From Candidatus Latescibacterota bacterium (GTDB taxonomy: Bacteria; Latescibacterota; UBA2968; GCA-2709665), in assembly GCA_965203805.1 (NCBI GenBank), contig OZ241917.1:1056001-1120000 (forward strand): DNA of 64,000 nucleotides, read 5' to 3'. The translations under genes and the position numbers were made by a program. The notes beneath the pieces are model-generated. The model was not told the DNA's origin and made no database searches. It saw only the letters and a program-made list of their open reading frames with translations. Positions 21,575 to 31,718 of the stretch are shown piece by piece (position 1 is the stretch's first letter; every line of letters starts with the position of its first letter).

Positions 21575-22492
21575 ATGGCGGATTTGAACACATCCAAATG
21601 GGCGTCGCTGTCAACCGAACAACGAAATCCCGCCAGCGCGCACATCGACGAGGCATCAACGCTCGGGATTCTCGAGCTTCTCAACCACGAAGACCGCAAG
21701 GTCCCGCAGGCCGTGAATGCCGTTCTGCCGCAGGTCGCGGAGGCCGTCGACCTCGTGGCGGGCGCGTTGAGGAGCGGCGGCCGGCTCTTCTATGCGGGCG
21801 CAGGGACGAGCGGGCGGCTGGGTGTCATGGACGCCGCGGAGTGCCCGCCCACGTTCGGGACCGCTCCTGAAACGGTGCAGGGCATCATCGCGGGGGGGGA
21901 AGGCGCGCTGCTGTGCGCGGCCGAACGCGCCGAGGACCGTCCGGAAGACGGCGCGACAGAACTCCGCCGCCGGCGCCTGTCGGCGCGGGACATCGTGATG
22001 GGTATCGCTGCCAGCGGCGTGACGCCGTTCGTCCTCGGAGCTCTCGCTTACGCCCGCCGCACGGGCGCGTCCACCGTCTTTTTCACGTGCAACCGTGAAG
22101 CAGCGGACCGTGTCGACGCGGATATCAGGATCGTGCCCGATGTCGGCCCGGAAGCCATCACCGGTTCCACGCGCCTGAAGGCCGGCACCGCCACCAAACT
22201 CGTATTGAACATGATCACGACGGCTGCCATGGTCAGGCTCGGCAAGGTGTACGGCAATCTGATGGTGGACCTGGCGCCCACATGCGAAAAACTAAACGAC
22301 CGCGCCCGGCGGATCCTGATGGAAACGACAGGGCGCTCACGCGACGACTGCGGCCGGATGCTCGCCGAGGCAGGCGACCTCAAGACGGCCATCGTGATGT
22401 CAAAACGGGCCGTCTCGAAGGAGACGGCCCGTCAGTTGCTCGTGAAGAACGATGGCGTCGTCAGGCTGGCGCTGGACGACAGGCAAGCTTAG
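21575..22492 (+). CDS. murQ: N-acetylmuramic acid 6-phosphate etherase
   Basis: TEQRN, GAGTSGRLGVMDAAECPPTFG, GPE.ITGSTRLKAGTATK, GNLMVD. Confidence 0.95.
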   Translation: MADLNTSKWASLSTEQRNPASAHIDEASTLGILELLNHEDRKVPQAVNAVLPQVAEAVDLVAGALRSGGRLFYAGAGTSGRLGVMDAAECPPTFGTAPETVQGIIAGGEGALLCAAERAEDRPEDGATELRRRRLSARDIVMGIAASGVTPFVLGALAYARRTGASTVFFTCNREAADRVDADIRIVPDVGPEAITGSTRLKAGTATKLVLNMITTAAMVRLGKVYGNLMVDLAPTCEKLNDRARRILMETTGRSRDDCGRMLAEAGDLKTAIVMSKRAVSKETARQLLVKNDGVVRLALDDRQA

Positions 22493-24040
22493 CTATTGCG
22501 CGCGTGCTGATTTTTCTCCGATGGTGCCGTAGAAGGCTTTGACCATCCGGTCCAGATGTACTTTCGCATTTTCCGCCGCGTCTCTGTCAATTGTGTACTC
22601 GGACTTGCCCACCAGCTTCAGACCGTGACCGTAGTCGTCGAACAGTGACTGGCAGAGCGCCTCGACCGACACGCCGTCGCGCGCGGCAGTCCCGGCAAGG
22701 GCGGACTTTGCAGCATCCGAAAACGTCAATGAAATTCCGTACGCATTCAGAAAATGCGCCGTGTACGACGATATATCCCGGTCTACCAGCAACTTTTGCA
22801 GTTCAAGCGACGGATTTTTCACAACGTCGGCGGTAACGGAAAAGGAACGGATATCGGTTGAAGGAAGCGCTTTTTCGAATTTCAGCAGCGCCCGTTCACA
22901 AACGCTCACCAGCGCTCTCGCCCCGGTCTGTTCGGTTGACGCCTGTTGCGCCAGCCGGCGCAGGGCAGCGTCTTCGAAAGTCAGTTCAATATCGTAGGCC
23001 AGGAAATCCCGCTTCTTTCCAAGAATCACCGAACTGGTGGGACTCTTCAGAATCTGATACAGATCCTCGACGGAAAGCGGTTCCAGCACGGCCACCACCG
23101 GCAGACGTCCAACAAATTCGGACTCGAAGCCGAACGAGATGAGGTCTTCGGTGATCGCCTGCTTCAGATAGGACACGCGGTCCGCTTCATGGTTCTGCGA
23201 CCGTTCCGTTTCGGCCTTGAATCCCAGACTGTTTCGATTGAGACGACTCTTGATCAGATCCTCGAATCCGTTGAACGCGCCGCTGACGATGAAGAGGATG
23301 TTTCGCGTGTTGATTTTCTTTCGCTCCATCTTGCCGCTTTGCTGATATTGCATCATGGCTTCCATCTGTGAAGCCAGATCGTGTGGCGCCTTGAGGTCCA
23401 CCTCGGTCTCTTCCATCAGTTTGAGCAGGTTGCGCTGGACGCCGCTCCGGGAGACGTCCGGACCCACCAGATTGGGGGTTGAAGCGATCTTGTCGATCTC
23501 GTCCACGTAGATGATGCCGTACTGGGCCTTCTCGATGCTGCCGCCGGCCTCCCGCACCAGTTCGCGCACCAGGTCTTCGACATCGCCGCCGACGTATCCG
23601 GTTTCACTGAACTTGGTTGCGTCGCCCTTGACAAAAGGCACGCCGATTCGATGGGCGATCAATTTGATGAGATAGGTTTTGCCCACGCCCGTCGGACCGA
23701 TCAGCAGGATGTTGTTTTTGATGTTTCCGACGGAACGGTGTTCGAATTCGGGATCTTCGCGGTCGAGCTTCATCCGGTTGAAGTGGGTGCAGATTTTGGT
23801 GGCGAGCACTTCCTTCGCCTCGTCCTGTTTGATCACGTACTCATCCAGAAAGGCCTCGAGTTCCTCCGGCTTCAGGTCGAAATCAATCGACTCATCCTGG
23901 GGTTCCGGCGTGCGCGGACCCTCACTGCTCTCCTCGGCCTCCGCCTGCGGAAACACAACCTGGGCGCCGTACTTCTGCTCGATAAGTTCCTTCAGGTCTT
24001 TCTGCAGTTCCTTGGGATCCACGGGTCGTTGTTCCGGCAT
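22493..24040 (-). CDS. ClpX-like AAA+ ATPase lacking the N-terminal zinc-binding domain
   Basis: GPTGVGKT, DATKFSETGYVGGDVE, DEIDKI, DVSRSGVQ..LLKLME, LGF loop, TGARAL. Confidence 0.85.
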   Translation of the reverse strand: MPEQRPVDPKELQKDLKELIEQKYGAQVVFPQAEAEESSEGPRTPEPQDESIDFDLKPEELEAFLDEYVIKQDEAKEVLATKICTHFNRMKLDREDPEFEHRSVGNIKNNILLIGPTGVGKTYLIKLIAHRIGVPFVKGDATKFSETGYVGGDVEDLVRELVREAGGSIEKAQYGIIYVDEIDKIASTPNLVGPDVSRSGVQRNLLKLMEETEVDLKAPHDLASQMEAMMQYQQSGKMERKKINTRNILFIVSGAFNGFEDLIKSRLNRNSLGFKAETERSQNHEADRVSYLKQAITEDLISFGFESEFVGRLPVVAVLEPLSVEDLYQILKSPTSSVILGKKRDFLAYDIELTFEDAALRRLAQQASTEQTGARALVSVCERALLKFEKALPSTDIRSFSVTADVVKNPSLELQKLLVDRDISSYTAHFLNAYGISLTFSDAAKSALAGTAARDGVSVEALCQSLFDDYGHGLKLVGKSEYTIDRDAAENAKVHLDRMVKAFYGTIGEKSARAQ

Positions 24041-24261
24041 CGATCTTCATCTCCACATAAAAATGTGGTCCGCTTAAACTGGCATCCGACTCACGGCTAT
24101 GGGGCCTAAGGATACCAGGTACCTTGAGGATTGTCAAGACATTCAACCTTCATCCCTGCCTCATCATCTGGCGAGTCCGGGCTTGTGTTCCGGTTCCCGG
24201 ACCGGCCATCAGGTGAAGGCCGCAAGCCCACATTTCAGACCCCAAATCCGGATGTTCGGGT

Positions 24262-25989
24262 ATGAACCTCAGCTACTTCACGCTTCGGCGCCTGCGTCAC
24301 GAACTGAACGAGATCCTGCCGGGTAAACGCGTCAGGCACGCCGTCCTCTCAGGCACGCACGAACTCGTTGTCGAAACAGACCACGAGATACGCCTGCTGC
24401 TCTCCGCCTCGCCCGCGACCGGCCGCCTCCAGCGGGTGGACCGCCTTCCCGATCCCGCACACCCCACGCCGCCCTGGGTCGAACACCACCTTTGCAACAG
24501 TGAGATCCTGGAGGTCGCGCAACTTCCGCTGGAGCGCGTCCTTTCATTCGATCTGCGAAAACGTGACCGCATGGGTGGAGAACGCAGATATCGCCTGTTC
24601 GTGGAACTGATCCAGCGGTACAACAACGTGATCCTGACTTCTGAACCGGACGCGCGAATATTAGGTACGCTGCGGCGCGTCGGCGGGAAGAAGAACCGCC
24701 GGCGACGCCTTCTGCCGGGCGAACCCTATCGACCTCCGCCCTCTCAGGATCGGCTCTCACCCCACGATCTCACGCCGGCCGATCTCGACGGCGCGATCCG
24801 GGAGCGCCAGGATCAGCCCGCCCGGACCCTGGCTTCTGCCGTTGCCGGACTGGATACCCTCACCGCCGAGTCGCTGGTCGCGGAAGCGGGCGTCAGGCCG
24901 GACGCGAAACCGACGCACGATGCCGTCGAACATCTGGTCGGCCGGATACGTTCCCTGTTTGACCGGCCGCCCTTTCTGGATCGACCGCAGATACTGAGCA
25001 TCAAGGGTCACCCGGCAACCATCCGAACGCTGCGTCTGCAGCACCGGCCGGGCGAAGTGGAACACGTGTGCGATTCCGTCAGCGAAGCGATCGAACGGCT
25101 CGCCGGCAGGGAGGAAAACCGGCAGCACCACGACGCGGACCGCCAGGAGGCGGTCGCGGCGCTGAACCGGCGCCGCGCATCGCTCGATAGAAAGGTCGCG
25201 CGCATCCGGGTCGATCTGGACGACGCCGGCAATGCGGAACTCTACAAAAAGTTCGGGCATATCCTTATGGCCGGGCTGCACAGGGTCCGCCCAGGCGACG
25301 CGTCCGTTACCCTGCCCGACGTGTACGATCCGGACGGGCCTCCCGCGACCATCCCCCTCAAGGCCAACAAGATGCCGCACGAGAATGCCGCCGCGTACCT
25401 GAAACGGAGCCGCAAGGCGGAGAAAGCCCGCCCCATCCTTGCGCGGCGCCTTGAGTCCGCGCGTGCGGAACTGGCAAGCGTGGAGAGCTTCCTGGAGCGG
25501 CTGAAACAAGCCGGCGGTCGGGACGAAGTGATGGCGATTCGAAACGAACTGGCGGCGTCCGGGTGGCTCAAAAAGCGCAGGCAAAAACCGTCGGCGGGCG
25601 GAAACGCATCTGCGGAAGCGCATCCCAGAAAGTACCTGACCTCGGACGGCTGGACAGTTCTGGTGGGGCGGAACAACGCCGAGAACGATCGGCTCACGAA
25701 AGGGTCTGCAAAAGACGACCTTTTTTTCCATGCCCAGGGATGCCCGGGTTCACACGTTGTCCTCAAGCGTGAAGGAAGGCGCCAGAAGCCCTCTGACGTT
25801 GCATTGAAGGAAGCCGCGAGCCTCGCGGCCTACTGGAGCAAAGCCCGGCATTCGCGGACGGTACCGGTGAATTGCACCGAGATCCGGTACGTACAAAAGC
25901 CCCGCGGCGCGGCCCCGGGGCTCGTTACGATCCGAAACGAAGTCACATTGTTTGTCGCCCCGCGCCAGCTCAAGCGGACTGAATCTTAG
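24262..25989 (+). CDS. rqcH: Rqc2/RqcH (NFACT, FbpA-like) ribosome quality-control protein
   Basis: NFACT-N (ER...F, L.VEL...NN.IL), coiled coil, NFACT-R VGRNN.END.LT, FHA...PGSHV. Confidence 0.88.
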   Translation: MNLSYFTLRRLRHELNEILPGKRVRHAVLSGTHELVVETDHEIRLLLSASPATGRLQRVDRLPDPAHPTPPWVEHHLCNSEILEVAQLPLERVLSFDLRKRDRMGGERRYRLFVELIQRYNNVILTSEPDARILGTLRRVGGKKNRRRRLLPGEPYRPPPSQDRLSPHDLTPADLDGAIRERQDQPARTLASAVAGLDTLTAESLVAEAGVRPDAKPTHDAVEHLVGRIRSLFDRPPFLDRPQILSIKGHPATIRTLRLQHRPGEVEHVCDSVSEAIERLAGREENRQHHDADRQEAVAALNRRRASLDRKVARIRVDLDDAGNAELYKKFGHILMAGLHRVRPGDASVTLPDVYDPDGPPATIPLKANKMPHENAAAYLKRSRKAEKARPILARRLESARAELASVESFLERLKQAGGRDEVMAIRNELAASGWLKKRRQKPSAGGNASAEAHPRKYLTSDGWTVLVGRNNAENDRLTKGSAKDDLFFHAQGCPGSHVVLKREGRRQKPSDVALKEAASLAAYWSKARHSRTVPVNCTEIRYVQKPRGAAPGLVTIRNEVTLFVAPRQLKRTES

Positions 25990-26007
25990 GGAGGACCGCG
26001 AGGATTC

Positions 26008-26772
26008 CTACCAGACCTTCGTATAGTATACCAGCCGGATCTGGCGATCGATTCTTTCCGTCCGCTTGCCGTCTCGAAACAGGTTCTTGACGTCCACTTC
26101 GAGATTAAGCCGTTCGGAGGGCATCCAACGCCCTCCCACGTTCAATCTCCCTCTGCCCGAACCCAGCGAGTTGTCGTCGTTGTCGTTGATCGCAAAGTCA
26201 TACTCCATTAACAGCGCAAAGACGCGTTTCAGTTCGACGTCGGCGCCCACAAACCCCGAAATATCCCCATCTCCGTCTCCATCCTCGAGGCTTCGATTCA
26301 TTCCGATGTGCAGTCCCATATCTCCAAGAGGAAATCCGTAGTTCTTGCTCGCCACCGCATAGATGCCCTTGGACTTGACCGCATACCGTTTCAGTTCCCG
26401 GTCGTACTCCCCGTATCCCTGGGAGTGGTACCCCACGGCAACAGCGGGAACCTTCATTTCCTCCTCGATCACCCGGACGCGTCCGGCTACCTCCACTCGC
26501 GGATTCCACGCAGCCTCACGGCTGCCCACAAGATGCTGTCCCCCGAACGATGCCCCGATGCTGGCCCGGTTGTGTACGCCGACTTCGATCTGCGAGAGAA
26601 TTCCGCTGTCGCCATACAATCGGAGATCCGCTGAAAGGCGGCCGGAGGGCAGCATACCGGCGGTTGGCGCGTCCACCAGCCATCGGGGTACATTGCCCTG
26701 GGCAAGCGCAGGACCGGAATACCCCCACCAGACGGCAATCAACGGCATCATCCACCTCGCGTGCCGAGTCAT
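26008..26772 (-). CDS. Exported beta-strand-rich protein, probable outer-membrane beta-barrel (YjbH-like)
   Basis: Signal peptide, LVDAPTAG.L, alternating beta pattern, terminal aromatic residue. Confidence 0.6.
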   Translation of the reverse strand: MTRHARWMMPLIAVWWGYSGPALAQGNVPRWLVDAPTAGMLPSGRLSADLRLYGDSGILSQIEVGVHNRASIGASFGGQHLVGSREAAWNPRVEVAGRVRVIEEEMKVPAVAVGYHSQGYGEYDRELKRYAVKSKGIYAVASKNYGFPLGDMGLHIGMNRSLEDGDGDGDISGFVGADVELKRVFALLMEYDFAINDNDDNSLGSGRGRLNVGGRWMPSERLNLEVDVKNLFRDGKRTERIDRQIRLVYYTKVW

Positions 26773-27224
26773 GTGTCCTCTCCGTGGTCAAGCATGAATC
26801 TGCGTACACCGGATTCCGGTGTGTCAATCCGGATGCGCAAGGCCCGTGCAGGCAGCAGGGATCCTGCGCGCTCCGCCCATTCGATCAGGCAGATGCCGTT
26901 ACCGGCCAGATAGTCGTCCCACCCGAGGTCGATGAGCGATTCGACGTCCGGCAGCCTGTACAGATCGAAGTGGTAGACCGAAATCGGACGCGACGCGGCG
27001 TCGTGGCCGCGGTACTCATTTACCAGAATGAACGTGGGACTGGTTACCCGGTCCGCCACGTTCAGCCCTTCACAGATGCCCTGTGCAAGGCAGGTCTTGC
27101 CGCTGCCGAGGTCTCCGATCAGTCCGACAGAATCACCCGGCCGCAAACGAGCGGACAACTCCCTTCCGAACGCTCGTGTCTGGTCCGGCGACGTGGAATT
27201 GAATTCTACACTCAAGTTCTGCAT
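26769..27224 (-). CDS. tsaE: tRNA threonylcarbamoyladenosine biosynthesis ATPase
   Basis: GDLGSGKT, VTSPTF.LVNEY, HFDLYRL, LIEWAE. Confidence 0.95.
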   Translation of the reverse strand: MQNLSVEFNSTSPDQTRAFGRELSARLRPGDSVGLIGDLGSGKTCLAQGICEGLNVADRVTSPTFILVNEYRGHDAASRPISVYHFDLYRLPDVESLIDLGWDDYLAGNGICLIEWAERAGSLLPARALRIRIDTPESGVRRFMLDHGEDT

Positions 27225-27268
27225 CCGGGTATTCTCGGAGGGCGGGGATTCCGGGCAGGCGCCTCCTG

Positions 27269-28825
27269 CTATTTGCCCCTCAAAACCGCAACCGGCAGGA
27301 CCATCTCCTCGAGGGATATGCCGCCGTGCTGGAAACTGTTCGCGTAATATCGCTGGTATTCGTTGAATTTCGTGGGATAGACGAAATAGTAGTCCTCCCG
27401 CGAGATGATGTACGTGGTACCCATCCCCAGATCGGGCAGGCGATAGACATGCGGATCCGCGATGTAGACCGCGTGCCGGGCGTCGCATCGAAGGTGTTTG
27501 CCGTATTTGTATCGGAGATTGGTGGACGTATCCCGGTTTCCGTGCGCGACGGTCGCCCGGGTACTCATTACGCAGCCGTGGTCGGTTGTCAATACCACGG
27601 TGGTATCTGTTTCGGCCAGCTTTCGCAACATTTCAAACAACGATGAATGGGAAAACCAGGACCGGCTCAACGACCGATAGGCGGACTCGTTTGGCGCCAT
27701 TTCTTTCAGAATATCCGATTCCGACCTCCCATGCGCCAGAATATCCAGGAAATTGAACACCACCGACATCAAGGGAAAGGACCGGTAAGAGTGCACCTTT
27801 TTGACGAGATGGTTGCCCTCCGCGATGTCCAGCACCTTCACGTACCGGGTGTCCAGCTTCAACGTGGGATCGAGTTCCTGAATCTGGTGATCGAGGAGCT
27901 GATGCTCGTGCCGGTTTCGGCTGTTGTCGTCGTCCCAGCCCGAACGCCACTCCTGCGGATACAACCTGGCGACGTCGCTGGGGAAGAGACCACTGAATAT
28001 GGCGTTTCGCGAATAAGGCGTGGCCGTAGGGAGAATGGAATAGTGGTAGTGTTGCTCGATATTGAATAGTTCGGACAAGAGCGGTGCGATTGCGAGCCAG
28101 TGATCCAGTCGCAGACAGTCCACAACCACGAGGAATACCTGCTGACCCTCCTGAAGCGCGGGTAACACAAACTCGCTCACCACGTCGACGGATAACACGG
28201 GGGAATCCATATCATCCTCAAGCCAGAGGGGATAATTGGCTTCCACGAAGCGTCCGAACGCCCGGTTGCACGCCCGCCGCAAATCCTCGTGCATCTTTCT
28301 CAGTCCGGCGTCGTAAAACCGGTCCAGTTCCAGGTCCCACTCGGAAAGCTTCACATGGATATCGATCCAATCCTGCCAGGTCGCTTCGCCTGCCATCAAG
28401 GCACGGATTCGATTCGACACGGCGGCGTAATCCAACCCCATTCGCCCCGTCACAATCTGGCGTGCATCGAGCAGTTTCTTGCAGGCCGAGAGAATCTGGC
28501 TCGGGTTCACCGGTTTGGTCAGATAATCGTCGATCCGATGGCCCAGCGCCTCTTCCATCAGGCGTTCTTCTTCGTTCTTCGTTATCATGATGACGGGGAT
28601 ATCGGGGTTGATTTCCTTGATCATCGCCAGCGTGGAAAGCCCGCCTCGACCCGCCATCATTTCATCCAGAAGGACGATGTCGAACCCCCGCTGCTTCACC
28701 ATGTCGATGGCGTCGTCCCCGTTCGTCACCGGCGTCACCTTATACCCGCGGGACCCGAGAAACATCGTATGCGACCTCAGGAGGTCAATTTCGTCGTCTG
28801 CCCACAAAACCTGCTTTTCTTTCAT
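27269..28825 (-). CDS. PorX-like response regulator (receiver + PglZ domain)
   Basis: LWADDEIDLL receiver; DCLR.D.W, SILPTATPYSRNAIFSG, TTDHG, FQHGGISLEEM. Confidence 0.9.
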   Translation of the reverse strand: MKEKQVLWADDEIDLLRSHTMFLGSRGYKVTPVTNGDDAIDMVKQRGFDIVLLDEMMAGRGGLSTLAMIKEINPDIPVIMITKNEEERLMEEALGHRIDDYLTKPVNPSQILSACKKLLDARQIVTGRMGLDYAAVSNRIRALMAGEATWQDWIDIHVKLSEWDLELDRFYDAGLRKMHEDLRRACNRAFGRFVEANYPLWLEDDMDSPVLSVDVVSEFVLPALQEGQQVFLVVVDCLRLDHWLAIAPLLSELFNIEQHYHYSILPTATPYSRNAIFSGLFPSDVARLYPQEWRSGWDDDNSRNRHEHQLLDHQIQELDPTLKLDTRYVKVLDIAEGNHLVKKVHSYRSFPLMSVVFNFLDILAHGRSESDILKEMAPNESAYRSLSRSWFSHSSLFEMLRKLAETDTTVVLTTDHGCVMSTRATVAHGNRDTSTNLRYKYGKHLRCDARHAVYIADPHVYRLPDLGMGTTYIISREDYYFVYPTKFNEYQRYYANSFQHGGISLEEMVLPVAVLRGK

Positions 28826-28845
28826 GGCGTTCAAGCTCCAGGCCG

Positions 28846-30186
28846 TTAAGACGCCTTCCGGTCATCCACCGGCCTCACGGGTAGTGAAATGAGGAACGTG
28901 GTTCCCATGCCCGGCAGACTCTCCTGAACGGAAATCCTGCCTCGATGATAGTCTTCGACAATCCGCTTGACGAAGGCCAGCCCCAGCCCCCAACCCCGGT
29001 CCTTCGTACTGTATCCGGGGAGAAAGACCTGCTTGATCAGATGGGGTTGAATCCCTTTGCCATTGTCCCGAACCCGGACGTCCACCCACTCGCCCTCCGA
29101 CCGGACATCCGCCGAGATTTCGATCCTGCCGCCCTTGCCCTCCATGGCGTCAGCCGCGTTCTTGAACAGGTTTTCGAATGCCCAGCCCAACAACTGCCGA
29201 TTCAGCGGTACCGGTGGAACGTCGTAGTCGCGCTGTACGATCCGGACCTCCCGCGAGAGCCGGCCGCGCAGATAGGATGCCGTCTCCTCGACCACGCGGC
29301 GGAGGTTTTCGAGACGAAGCTCCGGCGTGGAGCCGATCAGGCTGAAACGGGAAACGATCTTGTTCAAGCGGCTGGTATCCTCCTCCATCGCGACCACAAT
29401 CTGGTTGAACCGCCGGCGCGTGTCGTCATCCACCGGACCCGGCGAATGCTCGAGTTCCGATTTCATCAACTCTATCCAGCCGTACAGCGAGGAGAGCGGT
29501 GTGCCGAGCTGGTGGGCGGTCTCGCGAGCCATCCCGATCCAGATCGACCGCTGTTCGCTGTTTTTCAGATTGCGAAAACCGAGATAGCCCACCCCGACAA
29601 AGAGCGCGGTTACGCAGAGCGCAACCCAGGGAAGCCACGCCAACCGCCGTACCAGGGGTGAATCGCCATAGTGCAGTACGCGCGGGCCGATCTGCGGGAT
29701 TTCAAACGAGTACGGCGGATTCTCGTTATCAAGACGCCGAACGATCCGTTCCATCTGTTTCCGGTCGTCGGGACTGAGGTCGCCCGGGTTGCCCTGCGGT
29801 ATCTCGATGGCTTTCCACATATGGGGTTCCCCGTTCTCACCGGTAATGACCACGGGGAAATTGGCGTTTTTTATGGTCTGAAATATCGAATTGACGTCAA
29901 GATCCCTGACAACCACGGTATCCTGCGTGGCCATCCCGTAGAAGAACGCAAGCCTCTTGATAATGTCGCGCGAATCCCGACGCATCGGTTCCACAACGAA
30001 GATCTGCATATAGACCAGAAAAGCCAGGATAATGACCGTTGCGGCCAGAAACAGATAGGCTCCCAGGCTGTACGAACTCTTGAGCCCGACTCTCAGCCGG
30101 CCCTTTCGTACCACCGGCGCGCCCATGGGTCCCAGGGTCATTGGCCCGCCTGTTCGATCTGTCAGATCCTTTGTTCCCGCGCCCAT
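28846..30186 (-). CDS. Membrane sensor histidine kinase (start uncertain)
   Basis: Two TMs; ETAHQLGTPLSSL H-box; ENL.KNA.DAM, DNGKG, GWGLGL. Confidence 0.92.
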   Translation of the reverse strand: MGAGTKDLTDRTGGPMTLGPMGAPVVRKGRLRVGLKSSYSLGAYLFLAATVIILAFLVYMQIFVVEPMRRDSRDIIKRLAFFYGMATQDTVVVRDLDVNSIFQTIKNANFPVVITGENGEPHMWKAIEIPQGNPGDLSPDDRKQMERIVRRLDNENPPYSFEIPQIGPRVLHYGDSPLVRRLAWLPWVALCVTALFVGVGYLGFRNLKNSEQRSIWIGMARETAHQLGTPLSSLYGWIELMKSELEHSPGPVDDDTRRRFNQIVVAMEEDTSRLNKIVSRFSLIGSTPELRLENLRRVVEETASYLRGRLSREVRIVQRDYDVPPVPLNRQLLGWAFENLFKNAADAMEGKGGRIEISADVRSEGEWVDVRVRDNGKGIQPHLIKQVFLPGYSTKDRGWGLGLAFVKRIVEDYHRGRISVQESLPGMGTTFLISLPVRPVDDRKAS

Positions 30187-30573
30187 CGGCGGGTCCCCCT
30201 TCTCCTACCTCAACGTCCTGGGTTTCGTTAAGTTCCGTGCTATTGCCCGGACGCCGGCAGCGGATACGAAATCGCGCGGGCCGGCAGAGAAAATGCCGGT
30301 CCGCTCTTCGGTCGCGGAACCGGGAGAATTGCGGCTGTCGAGCGGGACGGAACGGCACGCGGACGCACAGAAAGTATACGTATTTTGCAAGCATCCAGTC
30401 AACCAAAGAAAAAGCGTTTGCATTATCTCTTTCGTATATATATATTTGGAGCCACTAATTTCCTGGAGGACGGGCACGCGCGCGGGAAGCCGGGCCGACG
30501 TCCGGTTGTCGGGTCCTCAGGCGCCACCGCACTGCCGGTTTCCACGGGAAACGGAAAGGAGGGAGTCCAGCTT

Positions 30574-30771
30574 ATGGCCAGGGTTGTGGTGAGAGATGAC
30601 GAGCCCTTTGAAAAAGCGCTGAAGAGGTTCAAGAAAACCTGCGAAAAGGCAGGGATTATGACGGAGATGAAAAAGCATCAGCATTTCGAGAAACCCAGCG
30701 AACGCCGGAAGCGAAAAATCGCGGCGGCAAAGCGGAAGCGCATGAAATTCGAAACGCGATTCAACCAATAG
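30574..30771 (+). CDS. rpsU: 30S ribosomal protein S21
   Basis: E.FEKALKRFKK..EKAG...E......FEKPSE.RKRK; strong RBS. Confidence 0.96.
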   Translation: MARVVVRDDEPFEKALKRFKKTCEKAGIMTEMKKHQHFEKPSERRKRKIAAAKRKRMKFETRFNQ

Positions 30772-30795
30772 ATCGAACCTGGCAGTACGGCAACG

Positions 30796-30836
30796 ACAAC
30801 CGCACCGATTCGCCTTCGGATGCGGTTGTATTTTTT
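30796..30836 (+). terminator. Intrinsic terminator after rpsU
   Basis: acaaccgca-ccga / tcgg-a-tgcggttgt stem followed by a T-run. Confidence 0.7.
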
Positions 30837-30972
30837 GCGTCTCGTTGTTGAGGTCCATCTTTCCGGCCAATGCCGTCGCGGAACCCCGCCCCCGGTTCTT
30901 CCATCCGGACTGGCGTTCCGGAAACAGATCACCGGTTTCCCCGACTGCACACCCCGTCAGACGGAGGACCGA

Positions 30973-31644
30973 ATGAATATTGTCGATCTGATCTTGCTGA
31001 TCGGGCTCGCCTGCATGGTTTTCAGAGGGTGCCGCATCGGATTGGTTCGGGGCCTGGTCGGCCTGGTCAGTTTCGTCCTGGCTTACGGACTGGGCCTCGC
31101 GTACGGCGGTGCGGTCTCGGAGTGGATTTCGGGCGATGGCGTCGGCCATGGCACGGCCCTGCTGGGCTTTTTCTGCATTTTCCTCGCGACGTTGATCGCG
31201 TGCTACCTTCTGGGACGGATGCTTCAGGCCATGCTCAAGGCCACCCCCCTGGGCGCCGTGGACACGTTGGGGGGAGGCGCCTTCGGCCTCGCGCAGGGGG
31301 TGCTCCTGCTGGGGTTGCTGATCCTGTTGCTGAGGGCATACCCCCCTCACCCCCGGGTGAGTAATTACATTGACGACGCGCGGCTGGCACGCCAAGTGCA
31401 GCAGGCCTGCCTTGTTCTGATGGATGCCGTCAGGTCCGCCGTTCCAAGGGCGTCGGAATTCTACAAATATCTGGTGCCCGACCAACAGCAAGAGTCGTCG
31501 ATTCAACCTTTCGTGGACAGTGTGACCAGAGAGACCGGAAAAGCAGGCGCCCGGCTGAAGGGGCTTCTGGAGGAGTCCGGAACGACGGCAAAGGAAACGT
31601 CGGAGAATCCGCCACCGAACGCACCGGACGGCGAACGCAAATAG
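30973..31644 (+). CDS. cvpA: CvpA family membrane protein
   Basis: MN.VD......G...GL, D..GG.FG...G; ATG after GGAGG; sits before mutS2. Confidence 0.85.
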   Translation: MNIVDLILLIGLACMVFRGCRIGLVRGLVGLVSFVLAYGLGLAYGGAVSEWISGDGVGHGTALLGFFCIFLATLIACYLLGRMLQAMLKATPLGAVDTLGGGAFGLAQGVLLLGLLILLLRAYPPHPRVSNYIDDARLARQVQQACLVLMDAVRSAVPRASEFYKYLVPDQQQESSIQPFVDSVTRETGKAGARLKGLLEESGTTAKETSENPPPNAPDGERK

Positions 31645-31718
31645 CGGACGCGGCTGCCGTCGCGGGGTCTCATTGCACCGCGAATCATCCACGGTCTTCC
31701 CAATCGATCCATGACGTC

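Noticed and set aside
21892-21899. G8 tract in murQ (and C8 near 5953-5960 in the GT2 gene) as phase-variation sites
   Set aside because: Short, in frame, encoding Gly runs; expected in GC-rich DNA
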